From NCBI GenBank assembly GCA_015680685.1, contig MNCI01000627.1:532625-596624 (forward strand): a stretch of 64,000 nt of DNA. The letters run 5' to 3'. Numbering within the stretch: position 1 is the first letter of the stretch; each line of letters starts with the position of its first letter. Below, piece by piece: positions 51,381 to 64,000 of the stretch. The stretch is from Gnetum montanum. Its lineage: Eukaryota; Plantae; Gnetophyta. The position numbers and the translations under genes are program-made. The notes under the pieces were generated by a model. The model was not told where the DNA came from. It worked only from the letters and a program-made list of their open reading frames with translations, and made no database searches.

Positions 51381-52059
51381 TATTCTTGAATACTCATATT
51401 GAAGTGTGTTATTAAACCCTAAAAAATGAATAATAATATTTTAAAAAAATCTAGAGTACATTGGATCATTGAAGAGAGAATCTAAAGAAAAAGCCCAATG
51501 GTTTTGAAGATGCCTTTTCCTATTTTCATTTTTACAACTAATCCTAAAAAACCTCCAATCTATGGTAGGAAAAGCATTAGACCTTACCCATATTCAGAAG
51601 TGCCTTCATAGGTTTTCCCTTCTTACTAAAGGCTTTCTTATAAAAAGGAGAAAAATGTTTCTAAAGATAAAAGAATACAAAAATTAGAAATAAAGACTAA
51701 ATAACAACAAAAGTTGAAAGCTTCCTGATATTGAACCTCCAAGATAAAAAGAAATTAATACTATAAAAAAAATTTAACTATTCAACTTTCATTAAGAGCC
51801 TTTTGCTTGAAGTTGTAGCTAAAAAGCAACATCTTTGAGAATGTGGTACTTGACTCTTAAAGAGAGGTCATAGTTATGCTCTTGCTACTGGAAAATAAGT
51901 GCACATTAAAGTTTCCAATTAGAGTAGAGAATAAGGAGTTGAAGAAATTTCCAAATGCAAAGAAAGGAAGTAGACAAAGCATGCTCATCACCAGGAATAA
52001 CTTCATTAATGTTTTGTTGAAACTTGTTAGAAATTCTAGATGTTCATTTCTAAGCATGT

Positions 52060-52863
52060 TGATGAGCAGCAAGAAGTCCTTATGTCCAACCATACAAATC
52101 ACTAGTGTTCACAAAGCGATCCAATCAAATTCTATAGACTTTAGCTCTCTAAGTACACTTGATCTAGGTAGTGAATTTCAAGGATGTGATCATTGTCTTC
52201 CCAGTTCCATTTATGAGGTTCAAGGGTATGGTTAAGTGGACAAATGATTTGTATAGGTTTTATGTTTTTCATTTAATTTGCCTACATGTAGAAAATAATG
52301 TAATTAAATGTTTAATTAATCTAATAACCAATTAATGCTTTAACTAATCCTAACATAAGCATCTGTTCCCATCTGTTGTACATATCCTGAACACGTTTTA
52401 ACGCTATTGGGTTACCAAGCGTAAACGCTACTAAGATTACCAAGTGTTAACATATGCTTGAGATGGTTGTACTTATGTGCATTAATTACTTAATTAAATG
52501 CATGAACATAAATTTCATGAATAATAAATGCATTAAGCTAATTCCAAGTGATGTAAGGTTTATCAAGAAGCCCGTCTTTATTGTCATTCACACCAAAGTG
52601 TCCAAGTACATCAATGCTCAAATAAAGATCTGTACACTTCTCAACTCCTATTGTGGGCAATTAGAAAATATTCTAACTCTTAAATATACAAATTGCAAGA
52701 GTTCAGCTAAGTTATGAATGAATGAATACCATAGATGTGGTGGGTATGTGCATTTATATAAGTAAGACTAGACACTGTGTCAACACGTATGTGTTGATGC
52801 ATCAAACCATGTGTTGATGGGATCATGTTGATGCATACATGTCCAATCAACCATGACTCATCC
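52060..52863 (-). repeat. 3' LTR
   Basis: TGATGAGCAG...GACTCATC, then a C-run and CCATGACTGAATTAAAACTCGTCC as at 6132-6165. Confidence 0.75.
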
Positions 52864-53099
52864 CCCCCTCCCCCCCTCCATGACTGAATTAAAACTCGTC
52901 CTTAATTGAACAAAAGAAACAAGTTTTTTACAAAATTTTGGGAAGGTATGAGATTATTAACTAACTGATTGACACACACACTAACCCAAACTAACACTAA
53001 GTGCCCAAGTGTACGAATTTACAACTTTTACAAAAATTGGTGTTCATGATAACAAAATTAAATACCATTACAAAAACTGACAATAAACCTCTCTAGAGA

Positions 53100-55980
53100 C
53101 TTAAAGACATGGAGGAAATCAAACAATCCTAAGTGGTGGAGGTTCCTAAGATGTCAAAGGACCATCTCCTATTTCTAATGCATGCAACTATTATGGTTGA
53201 GGCTGTGGCAATTGTGGTTGTCCTACTATAGCTATGACTATTGGTGAATGACCAAAAGCATCCAGTAATGCTTTCATCTTCTCCTCCTTACTTTAGGGAT
53301 CGTACATAGTTCATGTAGCATCACTAATGTGGGCTAGTATGGGAAAATCCCATGAACAAGGCATTGTAGGGAACAACTCCTTCACATTGATGAACCAACC
53401 TATGAAATGTTTGTGTTCAACATCAAATGCCTTGATAAAGTTCTACAACTATTGGTAGTCACTCAATCTATGGACTATGTTCTTAGTTGTTGATCTTTGA
53501 TTGATGAATCATTCTTTGAGAACATCGAGTTCAACATTGGTCATTTCTAGCTTCTGCTTTGTTTCCTTATGATACTTAAACTTGACCTCATACAAAAGGT
53601 ACAAGTTGGCCACTTACCTCTCTAGTTTTAACCTTGGCTTCCTGGCAGTCAACCTTGCCAAGTTTGTGTAATGGAGGTTGCTGAGCTCCATGTACTTCAT
53701 CATCTCCTCGATCTGTAGCACCTTGAAATGGATTTTTGCCTCATTGTACGCATTCAATCCATCAAAGATGGGTTGCCACATGTCACCTCCTTGTTGGAGT
53801 TGCTGGAGGGCCTCATTCACTTTCACATTCACTAGTTTGATCTCTTTTTCATTAATTTCTTTCTAAAGGTTGATCTAGTCCATGTAATGGTTCTTGAGCC
53901 TTTTGAATTTAAAGGCCTCATTCTTCCAAGTGATGATCTCAATTGTAGATTTCTAGTGAAGGGCACAGACCTCTTCCATCGAGAGATTGCGATTTTCTAC
54001 TATTAACCTCCTCATGTCCATGGTTACCTTGGCAATTTACTCTTGCTATTATCTCATGTATTCAACCATATGTTCTTTTTGGAGCTCAACATCGCATAGC
54101 CGATAGTTATCCTTGGTTGGAACTACATTCTCCTTGCAAATCTCTGATAAGTCCTTCTCAATGTTATAGGTCAATGTTCCTACTATGGACTCATCAAAGA
54201 CCATAGTCTCCTTGGCATTCTTAGCCACTTGAAGTTTTTCCTTGAAGCTATAAAAAATCTTCATCTCTGGTTATGACTTGGGAGAGAACTATGGGATTAG
54301 TAAGGTAGGCTAGTAATTCTGCAACTTCGACAACCAAGTGCTAATTCTCAACTATGGCTATCTCTAGTTGGGCATTGGCGATGAGGTACTAGCCCTTAGC
54401 CTCCAATAGCACCGACTAGGTTGCAATGATGTCCTCTAGAAGGTCAAAGATCTCCAAAATCAAATGCTTGGTCATCACTAATTGTTCTAGCAATTCCTCA
54501 TGCTAGGCTACACTAAATCTCTAACTTACTGCTCTTGCAAATGTCTATACATCTCTAAGTGTAGCAATATCTAGTGCAGATGTTGTAGAAACATTAAGTG
54601 CTTTTCCCACTTGATTAGCTACCACCTCAACTACTATTTCCTACCCTTGATGCTGCATCATAAAGATAGTTGTACCATCAACTTCCTCCAAGCACACCAA
54701 GAAGGTAGCAACATTTCCAAAGATTACTAGAAATTGTTGTTATCCTGGAGTGGAAATTGTTACCTCTCGGGCACTAGGATTTGAGTGCACAAGTGCCTGC
54801 ATTTGTTGAGTAGAAAATGTTGGTGCCACATCCTCCAACTAGCTGATGATATGAGTGACCTCATTCAAATGACTTAGGGCTAGTTGGTAGATCGATCACC
54901 ACTCAGTCCTACCTACTACTACTGCAAAAGTTGCTCACAAAGTTTCTACATGTGCTTCATGATAGCATGAGTCTCTAGCATTGTTTCATAAGTGGGTGGT
55001 GATGTTAGTGGCTACTCCTCTTCTTGTGTCTTATCAGGCACCTTGTCTTTCATCATTTTTGCCCAAGAGGCAGTAAGAGCATGTTGGAGGATGTGATTAG
55101 AATAGTGGGCACCTCCCCTTTTGCATAATTTTTGAATTAGGCATGGAAAGGGGAGTGCCTTTCTCCCACGCTCATTTTCTTTGAAGCACTTCTCCATCTA
55201 AAGATAGATCAACTATGGGATATTGATAGGAAATTTTCTACTTAGAGAAACACATGCATGGGTAGAGAAGGTCATCACCTTACTTAGCCTTATTATTGGA
55301 TTGATGTGGTAGGTCGTGATCTTGAATTATGCTCGCTCTGCCATTGTGAGTGCACCATATTCCTTGTAGTCAACTCCATAGCACCAATGCACCCACTTCT
55401 TCTTTACCTCTAGGTCTACTTGTGTTAAGATTTCTGCCAAGGTTTCCCTAGTTTCTAGAAACCCAAGGGCCTGAGAGATGGCTTCCATCAAGTAGGATAC
55501 ACTAATGTCCTTGATTTTCATAGTGGCATCAACCTACTTGTTGTTCTAGAAAAGATATGTTTCTCCTCGGTACCATTCCTCATTAGAAGTAAGAATAGGC
55601 CACATGGGAGAAGTCTACAACTAAGTGTTAACTTCTTCTAGAGCAAAGTTGAAGAAGGTACCAAAGTTTAGTTCTTGGAGAATTGAATGTTGAATCTCCT
55701 TGGCTTGGATTTGCCTAAGGTAGACATTCGTCAATGTGACCTTAAGGTTTGGCCTTGGTTCCAATGCCTCATCTTGGTGGGATTGCTCTATTTTAACTTT
55801 AGGAATCTATCGAATAGATTCCACTTTGGGTTCCTCCAAAAGAGATCCTATAGCATGTGTTTCGGTTGCTTGCTCCTAGGGCTATTCTAGCTGTTGGCCC
55901 CTTTCAGTTTTGGGTTGCTTGTCCCTCGATTAGGATAGTGCCTCCTCCTATCCACATTTGTCCCTTAGTTTAGGTGCCAT
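53100..55980 (-). pseudogene. decayed accessory ORF of the second family
   Basis: TGATTACAG|ATG GCA CCT AAA start; ALPFPCLIQKLCKR (55012-55197); colinear with 6292-9127. Confidence 0.75.
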
Positions 55981-56416
55981 CTGTAATCACAACATGACCA
56001 AGGATTAGCATTTGATGTGTAACTTAAACATGTTTTATACCTTGCCTCTTTGATTTAGTTACACTTGGCTAAGTTGTGATCTTGGTAGATTTGATTATTT
56101 TAATATTATTTCATTTAGATGGCTACCAAAGTTCGTTGGAAAGGTTTAACTCTAATGAATTAGTGATTTTAATATTATTTTATTAGTTAAACTTTGTGGG
56201 AGTTGGAAAAAATTTAAGAAATTTTTTGTTAGAAACCTAAGGTTTGTGGTCCCCACAACATAGAGCTCAGCTTTGGTAGTTGTAGGACTAAAGAATGAGG
56301 TTAATTAAACAAGTGGTTTAAAAGTTATGGGCTCTGGAAGGTTTTGGGCTTTGAAACTAAAAAAACTCCTCTTTCGTTTTGAAGAAAATGGCAAAAAATT
56401 TCGTAAGTGTTGTACA

Positions 56417-56505
56417 CATATATAGGATTTTTAGGCTACATTGATGGGATCATGTTGATAGGGTCATGTTGACATATTTGAGTTGATGCAGTTAACTGCA
56501 TCGAC
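56417..56505 (-). promoter_or_regulatory. putative internal promoter of the second-family accessory gene
   Basis: ATATATAG followed by repeated GTTGAT/GTTGAC/TCGAC motifs, including a 19-mer identical to LTR 52814-52832. Confidence 0.55.
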
Positions 56506-58071
56506 AAGATCCCATTAACGCAACTAATAGATAAACTTTTTCACCATTGAAAATGAAGGAAAAACAAAGAGTTTCTACATCAAATTGAAGTCCATAGAGA
56601 GCCAAAAAATCCAACATCATGATGAAATGCTTAAAGAGGATAAGTATGTTCATGAAATGGAGATTTTACTTAGAGAATTTTAATGAAGGAATGCACAACT
56701 AGATGTAATCAACATGGAGCACAAAATATTTGAATGCAAAAATGCCTAAGGGATACCCAACCAAGGAGTATGCAAGTGGATCCTCCCCATGGTAGGCTCA
56801 TGCCCTTAATGCCCTTACATGCCCTCAAACCAAGGAGTTCATGGACCTTATGAATGATTAATGGTTGTGATTAGTTAAGGACCAAATCACCAAAGAAACT
56901 ACCAAAGAATTTTGATTATATCAAACCAAGACATTGAACGAACATGAGAAAAGATTGAGAGATGAGTTATGGGAAGCATAGGCAGATGAAGTAGAGTATG
57001 GAATGGAGTCCCATGTCATGGTCACATGAAGTCCCTTATGGATTTTCTGGTTAATGTGACCTAATAACGTCCACCCTTAGTCCAAATTAAAACCAACCAC
57101 TTTCAATGACTTCACATTAACATGCTTAGCCTTGTCTAGCCCCAAGGCATAAGAATATCCTCACAAATTAATCACCATTCCTAAAAGAGAAGAAAAAAGA
57201 AGCAAGAAGTGAGATGGACCTTAGTTAGAGGGGACTTTTAGGCATGGGTAACATGTCTTTCTAGTCTCATAACTAGTGCTTGTAGCCCATTATTTTATCT
57301 AAGGGGTGTGCTTTGAATTCTTATTATTGTTGGTTTTTTTTTTGAACTTTTGGAATTTTGGATGGAAACCACACCATGCAAAGACTTTGCTTCCTATTAT
57401 TGGTTGACAACTTAATGGTGAGAAATCTATGGAAACACTCATGCACCCAAGAGGGTAGGCAAGTACAAAGAACATCACATCCCTTTGAATTCACACCCTT
57501 GTCTATCCATTTAATCCTTCCTAGGTTTGGAAACTACCAATGTCACATGTTCATTAAAAGTTTCATTTAAGAAGGGACTTCATTCTTCCAAAACAAGGGA
57601 ACACCATTAAGTTTTGTGGATGGGTGGATGACGTAAATTCACTACCTATTATCATGAAAAGAAATCATGTCTTAGTTATAAACATCAAAATTTAAAGATA
57701 GAATCTAGACATCAATTGACAACTACAGTTGCACTAAGTCCTAGTGGCAATAAAGGAAAACACAAGAAAACATAAGAAAAATTCAAAACCAAATAAAGTA
57801 AAATATAGAAGAAATTGTAAAATAGATAAAAAAGAGAAAATGTAATAAAAATGGTGTAAAACAAAAATTGTGAAAAATAAAAAAAATGAAAAACTAAGGA
57901 GCCACTTTAATTGATTTATCATGGATGGCCATTTCCCTCATGATTGAGTTGGAAGGAGAAGATTTGAAAAATTGAGTGTGCTTGTCCATTCGTTGAGGTG
58001 TTTTGGTGACTGGCTCTTTTTGGTTCTTGGAAAGGTTTTATTTATTGCATGTTGGCTAGCAGATTTTTGTT

Positions 58072-59140
58072 TTAACTTTTAGGTTTGTGAATTAACATGG
58101 CCCTAGAAGAAAAGGTTTCATAGATGCTGTAAGCCCCTTTCCACAATGTTTGGAACTTAGTTCTTTGTGATACATGTGTGGGATTATAGTATAGAACCTT
58201 ATCTCCTAGTTGACATTTTACTTTCTTGATTCTAAGGTCATGGTGTTGTTTATTGTATGCCTTGGGCAGTTCATTAGATGATAGGGCCACTAGTCAGTTC
58301 TCATCTAACATGTTGAGATTCATTAACCTTTCTTTATGTGCTAGGATAAGGTCAAGGCAAAGATCATAAGTAGTTGAAAGTGTACTGAGCTCTGCTTGGA
58401 TGGGAAGTGTTGGTACTTTTCTATACATAAACTTATAGGGAGAGTAGCCAATAGGAAGTTTCCAAGTGGAGCAATAGGTTCAAAGGGCATCATTAAGTTT
58501 GGTGCTCCAATCCCTCCTATATGTACTAATGATTCTTGTTAGTATTTTTGTTATCTCACTATTTGTAACCTCCACTTGAGCATTAGCTAGGGGGTGGTAG
58601 GATGTTTTTAGTTTATGCTCAACCCCCAAGCATTGCATAAACTTCCGAAAGGTGGTACCCATAAAATGAGTTCTATTATTAGAAATAAGTACATGTGGGA
58701 TCCCAAACTTGTTTACAACATGTTGTTGTACAAACCAAGAAACCATAGAAGATGTGCAATTGGTGATGGTTGTTACTTCTACCCACTTTGTACAGTAGTC
58801 AACAACTACTATGATGTATGCCTTTCCATTAGACATGAGAGTGATGGAATCCATTAAGTTGATGCCTTAAAGATTAAAGGGCTCGAGTGGTTGGATCCAC
58901 TATTGAGGCCCCTCCATACAAGTGGTCATTCCACCATCACATTGGTAGTGATCGCAGGAGTAGATGAAGTGGTGAGCATCCATGAAAAGTGTTGGCCAGT
59001 AATACCCTACCATGAGGATCTTAATGGTCGTGCATCTTCCAACATAGTGGCTCCTACAAGGACCCTCATGAGCATCTTCGAGAATGCACAAGTGTCTATT
59101 GATTTTCATGAAGTGTTTTTCTTGGTGAAGAAACGTCTTA
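58072..59140 (-). pseudogene. integrase remnant
   Basis: H..H..GYYWPT..C..CQ zinc finger; YIIVVVDYCTKWVE; FGIPHVLISN; YHP..N.QVE..N; GDKVLYYN..WKG.Y (GPY/F module). Confidence 0.92.
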
Positions 59141-59698
59141 GATGCTATATGAATAGAGTATTATATAATCATATATATATATATATATATATATAATACA
59201 AAATAAAATATGCATGATCTATTATTTATAAAGGCATAATAATTAACAAAAAAACACTTCTAGGGATAGTTAGATTTCAACATTCAATCATTAAATATAT
59301 AAAAAATATATAACTAAACATCAATAGTAATAACAAATAAACCATATGAAACTTTAATAAAATAATTTAACAAGTAGATCATATCTACTTAATTAAAAAA
59401 TTAATGTAATTTTAATATTTACTTTATAAAATAAAAAATAACATATTAAAATGCATTGGATAGTTTTAAATTAATAATAAAACCTATGTGAAATTTTAGA
59501 TTGTGATACTTAGTATTCCCTTTAGTAGTTTAGTTAGTAAATTTCCAAGGAACTATGATTAAGGAATTTTTCTCATCAATAATGATTATGATTCAAGAGA
59601 AGTAGTGAGGGTGTTGAAACTTGAAATAAGTGAAACATAGTTATAGCCCAAGATATATAGTCCAATTAGAATTTTATATAACTCATCATTACCTACCA

Positions 59699-59821
59699 GA
59701 ATTGAACCCATGACCTAGAGCTTCTAAATCAAATGTCTTACCACTAGTTGTCTTGAATAATGAGGTGTTAGCCTAGTGGTAAGATAATTGATTTGAAAGC
59801 TTTAGGTCATGGGTTTAATTC
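59699..59821. repeat. inverted pair of 49-bp tRNA-like (A box/B box) modules
   Basis: Arms 59699-59747 and 59773-59821 are reverse complements (6 mismatches by my count) with a 25-nt spacer. Confidence 0.75.
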
Positions 59822-60225
59822 AAGAGAAATAGTTACCTAGTGAAATGCATCAAATAGTTTAAAATTAATAATAATTAGATTATGAAGCTTAGTCTTCCCT
59901 TTAGTAGTTTAGTTGGGAGATTCCCAAGGAACTGTGATTGAGAAAGTTTGCCCATAAATAGTCATTATGATTTTAGAGGAATAGTGACCTAGTGATCTTA
60001 TAATGATGAACATTGAAGAGTATGATGTTGCTCTTGAAATAGATTAGTTGGCTAAGTATAAAGGATGCCTAGATTGTAGAGTTAAGATCCTTGATCTTTA
60101 ACCTCCTTATGGGAAAGAAGTTAAGGTTTAAACAAGGAAAAGAAAGATAAAAGTCAACTTAGCATGCCTTCCTGTCTTATGGTTGTTACATATAGGCATC
60201 TTTGTATGTTAGTTATTGGTGCACA

Positions 60226-60984
60226 TTAGTTGCATGTAGGAAATGTTAAACGTTGTACAAACCAAGACTTGTACACGCAATTACACCCTATGTCACTGTA
60301 TGCGATGCATGGAACTTTCTTCTTCTCGATCTTTCCAAATGTATTTTCCTTTGATATTTCTAGGGAAATATCATGTATTCCTAGGCGTGCATTAATTGTG
60401 CTTAGCCATGCTCTTCCCATTATGATTGGGAAGTCCCCCTTACAATTGTTGACTTGAATCACTAGGAAATTGATTGGATACAACCACCCACAAACAGTAG
60501 TGACAATGTCCTCCACTAGTCCTAATGAGACAGTGATGGACTGGTCAGCCAACTCTAAACATTTGTTACTCTTTTTTAGTTGAGGCAAGTTCCAAGCTTT
60601 GTACATTTCTTGAGAGATTAAGTTAACAACAGAACCTAAATCCAAAAGAGCTTTGCAAGGTTCGTTTCCACCAATTTGCAAATATATAAGAGGACTTCCA
60701 GGATTAGAGAATTTCCTAGGAAGATGGCCAACTTTAATCCAATCGGTAATTACATGAGTCAACATGACCATGTGCGATCTTTGGTTCGAAGGAAGCTTCG
60801 AAGATTTGAATGGTGGTGAGGCATTTGGAGAATTTTCAACTTGTGGTTGCAAGGACTTAGTTGGACTATTGGTTCTAAAGAAAGGTCTCTTCTTTATGAA
60901 GTTGTCTGTACCAACAATAGGTTGAGGGTTGACAACCCTTGTAGAATTACGTTGTTGCGGTTGGGCAGGGAGCTCACCCTGCAT
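60226..60984 (-). pseudogene. retroviral-type aspartic protease remnant
   Basis: LPRK..NPGSP..ALLDLGSVVNLIS..LELADQS..PIIMGRAWLST. Confidence 0.9.
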
Positions 60985-60999
60985 AGTTGAAGCAAGAGG

Positions 61000-63110
61000 T
61001 AATGGAGCTAAGGGTGGAAGAGGTGCAGTCGGATGAGAAGGATAGTACGTTTATGGAACCTCTCCTCTAGGAGAAGGAGTTCTATAGTACTTGTGGGTTT
61101 GGTAGTGAGATTGAGTGACGTGACTAGTTGAGTCACATGGAGAGATTGGTTGCTACACGTAGTATCCATATGGGTTAGGTTGACGGTAAGGGTACTGTTG
61201 ATGTGGTAGTGGAATTCCCCATGATTGTGGGTGTTGCCATTATTGATATTATTCATTTTCTTGTGGTGGAGTTCCACTTGGATAATATATCAAGGGTTGG
61301 TAGAACTATGTTGGGCTACCTTGAGGATAAGGTAGCCTTCGGGGTGTTTGCCATCTATTTAATTGTGGGTTTAGTGCATACACCCCAAACTCTTGCAAAT
61401 GTGAGATTACTAGGCAACATCCCTTAGGATAGTCATATTGACATATCTCACATTAACCTTCAGGGTGTTTGCCATCTATTTAATTGTGGGTTTAGTGCAT
61501 ACACCCCAAACTCTTGCAGATGTGAGATTACTAGGCAACATCCCTTAGGATAGTCATATTGACATATCTCACATTCATCATCATTGTCTATATCTGAATC
61601 CACAACCTCTTCAACGATGATAGCTTTGCCCTTACCTTTGTTATGTGCATATTCAGTTTCTTTCTTTTTTCTCCTTTCTCAGTCACTACCTAGTTCCCAA
61701 GAGTCCTCTACTATTTTGAGAATGGTTTAAAATTTATTATCTATGGAGTCCCACATTTGGTCCACCTTTGCCGATACTTGTGATGCAAGTTTTTGAATGG
61801 GAAAATTTTTCCTATTCACCATCTCTTCAAGTGGTGACTCTTCTTCATCTTCACAAAATCTAACTTCCTTCTTTTGGATGGAAGGATCTTTGTTGTATTC
61901 CTCTGCACTCTAACTCTCCTTCCTCCTTGGCAACTTGCTCCAACAATCTTTGTAGTTGATGGGCTCTAAGCTTGGATAATCTTCCTTGGGCATAAGTTCC
62001 AAGGGTTCATTGTGTTTCATGCTTAATTCCATCTACGAGATGATGTAGTTGTTCCCTCTACGAGTAACCATGGCTAGGGCAATGATGTAATAATGCATAA
62101 TATCATCCCATGGCAGCATCCAAGGGTTTGTGTCCTCCTTGTTTCCATCCTTGGATTTTCTTTCATAGGTTGGACACTTGGGAATACGTTTGATACTTAT
62201 CATTGAATAGTTCTAACATGGTACTCTATTGGCAAATGGATTCCAGTTCTAAGGACCAGCACTAGCTTTCCGCTTCCTTGATCAGTGTCTATGAAAACAA
62301 CTTATGTTTTTGCCACTCATTTTCTATGTTTTGCAAGGCACATGCATCGTAAAATGCTTGCAAATGATTTTGAGGATCAGCATTGTATCCCCCTTCAAAT
62401 CATGGGATATTATTCATGTCTAATCTTTTAATCTTGCTATTCTTTTGATGCCTTTTTGGGATTCTAACAGCCTCAGTTATATCTAGCATACTTCGAGTAG
62501 CGAGTAGGGGTTCATCATGATTGTGTTGTCTATGGTGTCTATGATGCCTATGTTGTTCCCTACTCTCCCTCCTTTCACAATATGTTTCTCTAGAATGCAC
62601 TCATCCCCTTTCTTGATTGTTTCATCTATTATTCCTATTTCGCCTACCATTATCCTCAGGGTCTTTCCCTCTGCAACTACATTCCAATCTTGAAGGAGAG
62701 GGGGAAGGAGATGATGAAGGTGAAGAGGAAGGAGGACCATCATCATGATGGTGCCTTCTACCTTCTCTTCAATGGTCATGATATCGATCACTGTAATGAT
62801 CAAAATGTTCATCTTTGTCATGTGTTTGTGTTTCTTTTTTGGATCCTTTGTGTTCATTGATACTAGAATTTGAGTTATGGATAGTTGAGTGAAGATTTTG
62901 ATACACAACCCCTTAATCGAAGTCAACGGGAGGAACATCATTTTGTGGAAGACCTCCTAAGGTAGGTTCACCATCCTCATTTTCACTTAGGACATACAGG
63001 ACATCTTGAGACCATTTTTCCTTCATAGATTTATGATGTCTCTCTTGTTGTAAGTCCCTTTGACGTTGTGCCTCCGTGGGTTGATACTCTCTCGAGTCGT
63101 GTTCATGCAT
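61000..63110 (-). pseudogene. gag: gag remnant
   Basis: EPLLATRS..RLDMNNIP..HLQAFYDAC..WQKHKLFS, homologous to 33000-33236. Confidence 0.8.
61336..61575. repeat. ~121-bp near-identical tandem duplication in gag
   Basis: CCTTC.GGGTGTTTGCC...CATATCTCACATT twice. Confidence 0.9.
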
Positions 63111-63535
63111 AACGTACTAGGCCTGTAAGTGCTGCATACTAATTCATGTGAGAGCAAGAAGAAGCATGCTTGGAATTTAATGATCTGGAGGTAATACTAT
63201 GTTACCTTCTAAATCATGCCAACACAGTTATTCATCCTAGTGGAGGATAAAGGTAAAGTTTGGTATATACTCATCAGGATGAATGTATACCACACAAAAC
63301 TGTTGGGGCACTGGTGGGTCATCATGTGTACTACACCTCTAATTGTTCATTATGTCAAACCTAGGTGGTGAAACACTCTTGTAAGAATAAGGAGACATGA
63401 TTAATTCTTCAGTGTGCAATACTCTTCTCTTTTGATGATTTTAAAACAACTAACCCTAGGGTTCGTTCCAACGATGGGAAGATTCCTAAGTTCTACTTAG
63501 TGCATAAACAACATAGTCCCTGGCAACGGTGCCCA

Positions 63536-64000
63536 TGATGAGTGATGAGGTACCCCTATGCTCAACCATATGAATATGAGCTTTATGCACGATCTGGTCG
63601 AACTCCAAGGACTAAGTGCTTATGCACCTTAAAAGAACAAGGAGGGGTTAGGCGATCGTTATCTTTCCAAGCTTACTCATATGGCATGGTTGTATCATTA
63701 AGTAAACTTGAGGTATATGATTTTTATATTTTATGTCCTAGTGCTAAAGAGGGAAGAAGTTAATTAATTGAATAACTAATTTAAATTAACTAATCAATTA
63801 GGTCCTAACTAGTCCTAACACCAGCATCCATTCCCACTTTCCGTACACATCCTGAACCAGTGCAACACTACTGGGATTACCAAACACTAATTGTTACTGG
63901 GTTACCAAGTGTTCCATGCATGCTTGAAGTGGTCGTACTGAGTGTGCTTACTTGTGAAAACTAACGAGTCAATAAAAGCAACGTTAATTAACTAATGAAA
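63536..64000 (-). repeat. 5' LTR (partial), preceded by a tRNA-Asp-type PBS
   Basis: GTCCCTGGCAACGGTGCCCA|TGATGAGTGATGAGGTACCCC. Confidence 0.88.

Larger units (their letters stand above)
52060..64000 (-). mobile_element. decayed Athila-like Ty3/gypsy element or chimera: LTR, accessory ORF, integrase, [RT/RH missing], protease, gag, PBS, LTR (runs off the window)
   Basis: Domain order, PBS at ~63517-63535, PPT at ~52864-52878, TGATGAG LTR ends at 52060 and 63536. Confidence 0.85.

Noticed and set aside
59768-59830. functional tRNA gene
   Set aside because: A/B boxes are present, but no acceptor stem, convincing cloverleaf or T-run terminator was found.

Overview
Land-plant nuclear DNA (species not identifiable by eye), AT-rich, with two assembly gaps. 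There are two host genes. One is a 5'-truncated riboflavin kinase/FMN hydrolase (FHY/RFK, + strand, 8 exons, 11004-15825) whose kinase half is intact. The other is an intact AS2-clade LOB-domain gene (- strand, 43241-43963). Most of the rest consists of decayed Athila-like Ty3/gypsy elements (TGATGA...TCATCA LTR ends, tRNA-Asp-type PBS): a complete pol-less element at 25748-39464 with a GTAAA TSD, a truncated duplicate of it (5317-10328), a more divergent one (52060-64000), and a + strand 3' LTR (826-1820). Main findings: (1) each element carries a ~2.8 kb accessory gene apparently driven by its own internal TATA promoter and a short intron. The CpG motif beside that promoter matches the motif repeated in the same element's LTR and differs between families, suggesting a family-specific cis-motif/trans-factor system. 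(2) A ~20 kb tandem duplication has its junction (10328/10329) inside the FHY/RFK gene and may have created a kinase-only copy. (3) A 4.8 kb modular palindrome is inserted in gag. (4) A head-to-head pair of tRNA-like modules lies where RT/RNaseH should be. All identity statements are by-eye comparisons, not computed alignments.
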